Shown here piece by piece: positions 1-5,506 of a stretch of DNA of 6,101 bases. The position numbers and the translations under genes are program-made. The DNA comes from Candidatus Odinarchaeota archaeon (GTDB lineage: Archaea; Asgardarchaeota; Odinarchaeia; Odinarchaeales; Odinarchaeaceae), in the NCBI GenBank assembly GCA_038826135.1, contig JAWBON010000071.1:1-6101 (forward strand), read 5' to 3'. The notes under the pieces are model-generated. The model did no database searches. It saw only the letters and a list, made by a program, of their open reading frames with translations, and was not told the origin of the DNA. Numbering within the stretch: the first letter of the stretch is position 1; every line of letters starts with the position of its first letter.

Positions 1-410
1 CTTCAATAAGCGGTATCGTTTTTGCAATGCTTGGTGGATATTTTTCAGATAAAAAATATAGGAGAGGGTTATGGATAGCTGTGCCCTTGACGTTTCTCTC
101 TTTAATACTGTTTTTAATCCCTGTTTCCGCAGGGGTTTCCGTTTCAATTGATTTATTTTTAAGCTGTTGTATAGGTGCACTTGTATGGATTCCGCAGGGG
201 CCTATATGGTCGCTTCCTAAAATAATTGAACCAGAGTATCCTAACACTGCGATGACGATGCTCGTTGTAATGACAGGTGTTACGGTAACATTATTCCCTG
301 TATTCTTCGGTGCGCTGGTTGATTTCACAGGATCGTTCTTTTACAGTTATATATTTACCGCCTTAACTGTATTTCTGGCCTCACTTGTAAGTTATAGAAT
401 CAGGAATTAA
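1..410 (+). CDS. MFS transporter, C-terminal part (5'-truncated by the window edge)
   Basis: The frame is open from position 3 (SISGIVFAMLGGYFSDKKYRRG...), so the ATG at 27 is internal. GGYFSDKKYRR resembles the MFS motif-A repeat after TM8. About four hydrophobic TM segments follow, ending in the typical 'FFGALVDFTGSFFYSY' TM11-TM12 pattern. TAA stop at 408-410. The substrate cannot be assigned. Confidence 0.88.
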   Translation, partial: SISGIVFAMLGGYFSDKKYRRGLWIAVPLTFLSLILFLIPVSAGVSVSIDLFLSCCIGALVWIPQGPIWSLPKIIEPEYPNTAMTMLVVMTGVTVTLFPVFFGALVDFTGSFFYSYIFTALTVFLASLVSYRIRN

Positions 411-427
411 AAATTCAGGGTAAAAAA
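409..427 (-). terminator. Putative archaeal oligo(T) terminator of the radical SAM gene
   Basis: The minus strand just after the TGA stop reads ATATTTTTTACCCTGAATTTTT, with a T6 run at 427-422 and a T5 run at 413-409, inside the 20-bp convergent gap. Archaeal intrinsic termination uses oligo-U tracts. Confidence 0.45.
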
Positions 428-430
428 TAT

Positions 431-1249
431 TCAGTATATTTTCACAGGGACCTGTCCGCCGCATACTTCTTCAATATATTTTTTAAGTTTTTTTAGCTGG
501 TAATCTTCAGCCGGCTTCACGGTGTTCAGAGCAGGTTTTCTAACAATTGTATAAAGCTGGGCCTCCTTCGGTTTGATTTTACATATGCTTTTACCTAGGT
601 GAATAATCTCTTCATCGCTGGTGTTCGATATCATCTCAGGGTCTGTAGTGTTAAACAGAAGTGTTTGTATTATGAGATGTTTCACTCTCCCTGATATTAA
701 CGTTAGGCCGTCGATTATAGTGTTAACATCAAGATTTTTATTAACAGGTCTATTTATAGCGTGGAAGGCTTTATTTGTAGCAGCGTCAAGTTTGGCTAGT
801 ATTTGATCAAATAACTCTAAGGTTTTTTGAATTCTCGGGTCTGTTATCGTGCTTGAATTGGTTATTAACGTGAGTTTAGCAGCGGGGTAATATTTGTCTT
901 TTATATTTTTAACCGCTTTAACGATATTTGTGAATTTTGGATGGAGTGTAGGCTCACCGTACCCTGAGAATGTAACCGCGTCTAGGTTATAATATGCTGT
1001 GGACAGTTTTGCGAGAGCTGTCTCCAAGGCATCGTAAACTGAAGGAGGGTTAATCCAGCCGCTTACTAATCGGCTTTGCTTCACAGGATTATCGGTGTGA
1101 CCATACTGACAGTATACACAATTAAAATTACATGTTTTACCTTCCTGCACGAGCAGATTTATCCCTATATCCACTCCTATACGCCTAGAATGTATGGGGC
1201 CGTATATGATTTGCCCTGTTCTGGGAGGTACCTTTACCAGCTTGGTCAT
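431..1249 (-). CDS. Radical SAM [4Fe-4S] protein, COG0731/Tyw1-like uncharacterised subfamily (272 aa)
   Basis: CxxxCxxC motif 'CNFNCVYC' at 1132-1109, N-terminal 'YGPIHSRRIG..GINL' signature, 'TFSGYGEPTLHP' (GGE-like motif), 'LITNSS' and 'KLDA'. ATG at 1249 is preceded by GAGGG-TTATTA. Stop codon is TGA (433-431). Confidence 0.93.
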   Translation of the reverse strand: MTKLVKVPPRTGQIIYGPIHSRRIGVDIGINLLVQEGKTCNFNCVYCQYGHTDNPVKQSRLVSGWINPPSVYDALETALAKLSTAYYNLDAVTFSGYGEPTLHPKFTNIVKAVKNIKDKYYPAAKLTLITNSSTITDPRIQKTLELFDQILAKLDAATNKAFHAINRPVNKNLDVNTIIDGLTLISGRVKHLIIQTLLFNTTDPEMISNTSDEEIIHLGKSICKIKPKEAQLYTIVRKPALNTVKPAEDYQLKKLKKYIEEVCGGQVPVKIY

Positions 1250-1334
1250 TAATAACCCTCAATAGCTTGTGTAAACACTTGTATAAAAATGGTTAAATGT
1301 TTTATTGATAAACTTATTGTAAGGGTGGTTGAAC
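1250..1334. promoter_or_regulatory. Divergent promoter region shared by the radical SAM gene and the hypothetical gene
   Basis: AT-rich gap between two divergent starts. TATA-like candidates are TTTTTATA (minus, 1289-1282) and the inverted repeat TTTAT-TG-ATAAA (1301-1312), which reads TTTATTGA on + and TTTATCAA on -. SD-like motifs are GAGGG (minus, 1260-1256) and AAGGGTG (+, 1321-1327). Confidence 0.5.
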
Positions 1335-1619
1335 GTGTCTAAGAGAATGATTTTCAGGTTTGAGGGTGATTTTAAACCTCGCATAGGAGATGTTATATCG
1401 GTTGTTGAATGGAGGCTTGTTAGAGAGGGATTACCTTTAGAAGCTTTAAAAATAGAGGATTCGCTTCATAAACAGGTTTTCATAAGCCGCACTGGAGGTA
1501 TTGAAATGCTAAACCCTGTTAATAAGGCTAATATAAAAGGTAGGGTAATCGGCTTCAAAGAAAAATATAATGTTAAGACTCAAACTCCTATAATATTATT
1601 CGAGGTTGAAACTGAATAG
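1335..1619 (+). CDS. Small hypothetical protein (~94 aa), predicted beta-rich
   Basis: The ORF fills the gap between two clear genes and ends at TAG 1617-1619, 6 bp from the lhr stop. The SD-like AAGGGTG lies 7 nt before GTG 1335, which fits better than the track's TTG 1329 (1 nt spacing); ATG 1347 is another option. Composition is protein-like, with alternating beta-strand patterns (MIFRFEG, PRIGDVISVVE, IKGRVIGF, IILFEVE). No family recognised. Confidence 0.8.
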   Translation: MSKRMIFRFEGDFKPRIGDVISVVEWRLVREGLPLEALKIEDSLHKQVFISRTGGIEMLNPVNKANIKGRVIGFKEKYNVKTQTPIILFEVETE

Positions 1620-1625
1620 GTTCCT

Positions 1626-4505
1626 TTAATCCCAGAAACCTCTTGTTTCAATATATTTTTTCTCAGTTCGTAAAATTTCTAGCAGTATATCGTGTTCTGT
1701 TAAATTCGTTTTTGAAAAAATTCTTTTCACGCTCTGAGGCCCCACCCCTCTGCCAGCTAAAGCCATTATCGCTCTCTTACCCATTGTTAAAATCAGGCTG
1801 CCTGTTCCCTGCAGTTTTTTTAACGCTTGTAGCTCTGCTTTATCTAATTTTTGACCTGACCTCCATTTTTTAACTAGACGGTAGGATTCATTATCATTAG
1901 GATATGTGGCAGCGAGGTATCCGGAGCCGCAAACCATGCATTTAGGATACTCTTCTAAGGATCCCACTGTCCTCGTAGTCTCAAATTTACCACAGTAAAG
2001 ACATATAAGTTTTTTACTGGTGGATTCCAGTCTTTTTTTAAGCACGCTCAGAATCTCCGCTACCGGTCTCTCAGGGGCTACTAAGTCTCTGACACCTAGA
2101 TTGTCTAATGCTATACTCGTGAATTCTCCAAGCCGGCTTTTTCCTTTGGAGGGGCTTATCTGCACCTCTATTTCTTTTGAAATGATTTTTTTAAATATGT
2201 CTGAGGTTTTTTTTAAATCAAGTTTTTCTAAAAGTATTTCTCTGATAGTCTCCTCCGCTACCACAGGGTCTTCGTATTTAATCAATCTTTTTATATCAGT
2301 TGGACTGTAATCAGCGTCTTTTTCAATAAGCCCGAATCTCTTAGCAACGTAAACATATTTCCAGTTAAAAAGCGCGGTCTGTTTTAAAGTTATCTCTAAC
2401 AGCGACTTTAAATGCTCTGTGTTAACCTCGTAAAAAATGTTTTTAATAATATTGGGGTTAACACGCGCTGCGTTTTGGATTGTAATCCGGTAGGGGTCTG
2501 ATTTAATCATTATACTCTCACCGTATCGGCTTAGTAATAAAGCGGCTAGCACTTGAGCTATTGTTTGATTAACCTTACTACCGTAGCAGAGGTGAATTAT
2601 TATTAAATTATCAACGGATTCTATGAGGATGTTTCGCTCACCATTATAAGGCTCCTTATTATCAACGTAGAATTTAACGCTTTCATATAATTTTCGCGCA
2701 GCACTCTCCTTTATTACTATGTTATCTAACTCAGCTTTACCTATCAGCAGTGAATGTTTAATTATTTCAATTATATCCGTTGCATTAGGATTAGAGAGAT
2801 CATTATATAGTTTATCTCTCAGTGAGGCAACCATCCTAGCAATACTGTATGGAACCGGTAATAATTCCCCCTCCCAGGAGGGGACGGCGGCTGTAGGTGT
2901 GGGGACCGGTTCAACTCTTATCGCATCTTCATCCACTGATATAATGCGCCATGCTTGGCCTTTAGCTATAAAAACATCGCCAACTTCATTATTGACCACA
3001 AACTCTTCGTCAAGTCTACCTATCTTACTGTTAGCTGAGATATCAACCACATCATATTGTTTAACGTCAGGTATCATTGAAAGATTTGAGTAATAATATT
3101 GGAGGGTTCTCTGGCTTCTTTTAACCACACCGCCATTTACGTAAACTATTTTCTGCTTATTCATATACTCGACTATTCTTTGAATAGTGTCAATAGGTAT
3201 TTGACGATACGGGTATGCTTTACGTATAATATTGTATAATAATTCGAATTCTATTTTACCGTTCTCCAGTGTTATTCCAGCTATTTGGTGGCATAATACG
3301 TCTAAACTGTTTTCATGTAATATTATATGCTCAATTTTATGTTTCATCGTTGATTTACATATGGAAACAGTTTCGAGAATATCATCCGCGTTTACTGTTA
3401 TAATATAGCCTTCTGAGGGTTTTTCGAGTTTATGTCCCGCTCTGCCTATGCGCTGAATTAGTTTAGATACTTGTCTGGGTGACATGAACTGGATAACAAG
3501 GTCTATGCTTCCTATATCTATTCCAAGCTCAAGAGAAGAAGTACAGATTATGCATTTAATTATCTCATCTTTAAACTTTGATTCAGCTTCAAGTCTAACC
3601 TCTTTGGAAAGAGAGCTGTGGTGAACTGCAAAATTAAAACTAGGATTGTAATTAGCAAGCTTGGAAGCGATTATTTCCGCAGCCTCTCTAGTATTAGTGA
3701 ATACAAGGACTGATTTATGCTCTTGAATAAGCTTGTCAATTAACCTGATTACCCTAGCGATTTTAGGTGTGGATTTTATCTCTGCAGCTAGTTTATAGTC
3801 TTCTTCCGAGGGATCCGCGTAGTCCAGATGGATAATAAATCTTTTACCTCCACCTAAATACATTATTTTAACTTTTTCATCGCTGCCGGCTAGGAATTTA
3901 GCAATTTTCGAAGCGTTTCCGATAGTTGCTGAGAGCCCTATTCGCTGAAATCTTTTACCTGTAAGATAGGCGAGTCTTTCAAGCCCTACTGATAACTGGG
4001 AGCCTCTCTCATCGTTTGCAAGTTCATGTATTTCGTCTACAATAACCCATCTTACAGATTTAAGATGCTCTCTCATCTTTTTACCCGGCAGTATTGCTTG
4101 CAGGGTTTCTGGGGTGAGTATGAGAATATCCGGGGGGCTGACCGCTTGCCTGCGTCTGGTAAGCTGTGTAGTGTCACCGTGGCGTACTTCAACACGTATA
4201 TCTAAGCTTTCACCTAATTTTATGAGTCTTTTTAATATATCCCTATTGAGGGCTTTTAAAGGTGTTATATACAGTGCTTTTATACCCGGAGCATTAGCTT
4301 TCTCCTTCTTCAAGTGAAGTATATTGCTTAATATTGGAAATACAGCCGCCTCTGTCTTACCAGAACCGGTCGGAGCCGCTATTAGTATATTATAGCCTTT
4401 AAGGATTCTAGGTATCGCTTTCTCCTGAGTGATTGTCGGTGTCTTAAATCCGAAAAACTCCAATTTCTCTCTAAGAATATTATCTAATTCATCGAAAATA
4501 TTCAA
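1626..4505 (-). CDS. lhr: ATP-dependent Lhr-family SF2 (DExH) helicase with C-terminal Zn ribbon (959 aa)
   Basis: Motifs seen: Q motif GFKTPTITQ, Walker A APTGSGKT (4376-4353), Ia YITPLKAL, TPETL, Walker B DEIH, III SAT, IV VFTNTR, HHSSLS, V TSSLELGID and VI QRIGRAGH. Lhr-specific features are the winged-helix 'LDVLCHQI', the domain-4 signature 'VPSWEGE', and 'FVYVAKRFG'-like 'YVYVAKRFG'. TTG start at 4505 has an SD GAGGGG 6 nt upstream and an in-frame TAA just before it. TAA stop at 1628-1626. Confidence 0.96.
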   Translation of the reverse strand: MNIFDELDNILREKLEFFGFKTPTITQEKAIPRILKGYNILIAAPTGSGKTEAAVFPILSNILHLKKEKANAPGIKALYITPLKALNRDILKRLIKLGESLDIRVEVRHGDTTQLTRRRQAVSPPDILILTPETLQAILPGKKMREHLKSVRWVIVDEIHELANDERGSQLSVGLERLAYLTGKRFQRIGLSATIGNASKIAKFLAGSDEKVKIMYLGGGKRFIIHLDYADPSEEDYKLAAEIKSTPKIARVIRLIDKLIQEHKSVLVFTNTREAAEIIASKLANYNPSFNFAVHHSSLSKEVRLEAESKFKDEIIKCIICTSSLELGIDIGSIDLVIQFMSPRQVSKLIQRIGRAGHKLEKPSEGYIITVNADDILETVSICKSTMKHKIEHIILHENSLDVLCHQIAGITLENGKIEFELLYNIIRKAYPYRQIPIDTIQRIVEYMNKQKIVYVNGGVVKRSQRTLQYYYSNLSMIPDVKQYDVVDISANSKIGRLDEEFVVNNEVGDVFIAKGQAWRIISVDEDAIRVEPVPTPTAAVPSWEGELLPVPYSIARMVASLRDKLYNDLSNPNATDIIEIIKHSLLIGKAELDNIVIKESAARKLYESVKFYVDNKEPYNGERNILIESVDNLIIIHLCYGSKVNQTIAQVLAALLLSRYGESIMIKSDPYRITIQNAARVNPNIIKNIFYEVNTEHLKSLLEITLKQTALFNWKYVYVAKRFGLIEKDADYSPTDIKRLIKYEDPVVAEETIREILLEKLDLKKTSDIFKKIISKEIEVQISPSKGKSRLGEFTSIALDNLGVRDLVAPERPVAEILSVLKKRLESTSKKLICLYCGKFETTRTVGSLEEYPKCMVCGSGYLAATYPNDNESYRLVKKWRSGQKLDKAELQALKKLQGTGSLILTMGKRAIMALAGRGVGPQSVKRIFSKTNLTEHDILLEILRTEKKYIETRGFWD

Positions 4506-4550
4506 AATCAGCCCCTCTTAGGCGGAAAAGTTTATTGAATATAACACTCG

Positions 4551-4564
4551 GTTTTAAATTTCAA
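4551..4564 (-). promoter_or_regulatory. Putative BRE-TATA promoter of lhr
   Basis: The minus strand reads TTGAAA-TTTAAAAC (TATA-like 4558-4551). This puts a start site near 4530, leaving a ~25-nt leader that contains the GAGGGG SD. Based on motif and position only. Confidence 0.45.
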
Positions 4565-4592
4565 TACTTTTTAACATTTTATTATAAGACGG

Positions 4593-4613
4593 TTATTAAC
4601 AATATGTTATTAT
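4593..4613. promoter_or_regulatory. Palindromic operator-like site TAAC-N5-GTTA (HSR1/Phr-type)
   Basis: The sequence is TTATTAAC-AATAT-GTTATTAT, with core TAAC 4597-4600 and GTTA 4606-4609. The core matches the recalled A. fulgidus HSR1 site CTAAC-N5-GTTAG and the AnnnAC-N5-GTnA core of the recalled P. furiosus Phr consensus. A Phr-like gene lies ~160 bp away. Confidence 0.4.
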
Positions 4614-4724
4614 TATCCAATTATGGAGTCTACTGGTGATGTTTATTAACTTTTCTAAAGTATGTTTTCTTTAACGGTTAAATTTATAATTATAGTTCTG
4701 GTTTATAATCGCAGATTTCAACAT

Positions 4725-4750
4725 AAGAAACTTGTCAGTTACGTGAACTG
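4725..4750 (-). terminator. Possible terminator of the cdc48-phr transcript
   Basis: A 5-bp inverted repeat CAGTT-N5-AACTG (4736-4750) starts 20 nt after the regulator stop and is followed on the minus strand by ACAAGTTTCTT. The stem and U-tract are both weak. Confidence 0.25.
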
Positions 4751-4769
4751 GAGATTTACAGGAAGCGGA

Positions 4770-5480
4770 TTATAGTGTGTAATAGTCTTTTTCCTCTTTG
4801 ACTTTTTTTTCTTTTATCAGATTATATTTTTTAGCCAGTTCTAAAAGCTGGTCTAATTTGTTTTTCGAAATCTTATGGTACTCTAACAGATCTAGGACAT
4901 CCACTTCTCCACCGAGTTCTATAAGTGATCTTACAAGTGCAGCTAAGGATATATCTAAGTTCTCTGAGGGAAAGAATTTATCTATCTCCTCGAATATTCT
5001 GTCCCTTAATTTTAGAAGACTGCATTGGAAAGCTTCTAGTTCTTTGAGTTTACTTTCTGTTTTATTCAACAAGTTTAGGATTTTGCTAATAGTGTTTTCA
5101 TCCTCTTTAAAAAAAGCTATTTTATTGAATTCTTCTAAGGTGTCTTTTAAATAATCGGCTGTAGCCTCTATTTTATCAGGTAATTCCGCCATTTTAATAC
5201 TGAAGCAGCGTGGTGAAAGACTTATGTTTAAGTGGAGTCCTCTCTTTATTTTATAGTATATTCTTGAGGGTCCGTGGGGGCTTTTCTTAATGACTTTTTC
5301 AACTAAACCTGTCTCCTCTAATATGGTTAAATTCTGTATAATGGCTCTCGGTGTTAGGTTGAGTTTGGTTGCTAGGCTGAACGGGTAGTCTTCACCTTGA
5401 CTTAACAGGAAAAGTATCTTTCTCCTTGTGTCACTGCCTAGAGCGTACGCTAGTTTGTCTATGTCTATTTCTTCCCCCAT
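4770..5480 (-). CDS. Phr/HSR1-like heat-shock transcriptional regulator (ArsR-type wHTH, COG1777-like; 236 aa)
   Basis: The N-terminus MGEE...LGSDTRRKILFLL...ILEETGLVE...G.SRIYYKIKRGLHLNISLSPRCF aligns residue by residue with P. furiosus Phr as I recall it (MGEE...LGNETRRRILFLL...ILEEAGLIE...GRPRKYYMIKKGLRLEILLTPTLF). An amphipathic coiled coil follows. SD GAGGGTG lies 6 nt before the ATG. The gene is adjacent to cdc48, the known context of HSR1/Phr regulons. Confidence 0.88.
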   Translation of the reverse strand: MGEEIDIDKLAYALGSDTRRKILFLLSQGEDYPFSLATKLNLTPRAIIQNLTILEETGLVEKVIKKSPHGPSRIYYKIKRGLHLNISLSPRCFSIKMAELPDKIEATADYLKDTLEEFNKIAFFKEDENTISKILNLLNKTESKLKELEAFQCSLLKLRDRIFEEIDKFFPSENLDISLAALVRSLIELGGEVDVLDLLEYHKISKNKLDQLLELAKKYNLIKEKKVKEEKDYYTL

Positions 5481-5506
5481 TTTTTACACCCTCGTAATTT
5501 AAAATA

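Noticed and set aside
621-806. 61-aa + strand ORF
   Set aside because: Antisense shadow entirely within the radical SAM gene.
1643-4317. Four + strand ORFs (1643-1873, 2020-2310, 2719-3093, 4114-4317)
   Set aside because: Antisense shadows within the well-supported lhr gene. They are Ser/Leu/Phe-rich with no motifs or RBS.
4566-4690. CRISPR array or replication-origin (ORB) repeats
   Set aside because: The shared motif is only 5-10 bp, with no 24-47 bp repeats and unique spacers, no G-string ORB consensus, and no cas or orc1/cdc6 gene in the window.
4685-4694. Perfect palindrome TATAATTATA
   Set aside because: It is A/T-only in a very AT-rich region and is expected by chance.
4506-4769. 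SECIS element on the minus strand downstream of the operon, or just 3' of the UGA
   Set aside because: Only weak AT-rich 4-5 bp stems are visible (e.g. AATC-TGC-GATT), with no GAA/A loop closed by G-C pairs and no AUGA/GA kink-turn core. A covariance-model search is still needed to exclude it.
4662-4775. 37-aa + strand sORF (MFSLTVKFIIIVLVYNRR...)
   Set aside because: It has no SD, its F/I/L/K composition is expected from AT-rich DNA, and it overlaps the regulator stop. It should be reconsidered only if a + strand transcript is found.
4798-5154. 118-aa + strand ORF
   Set aside because: Antisense shadow of the Lys/Glu/Leu-rich regulator.
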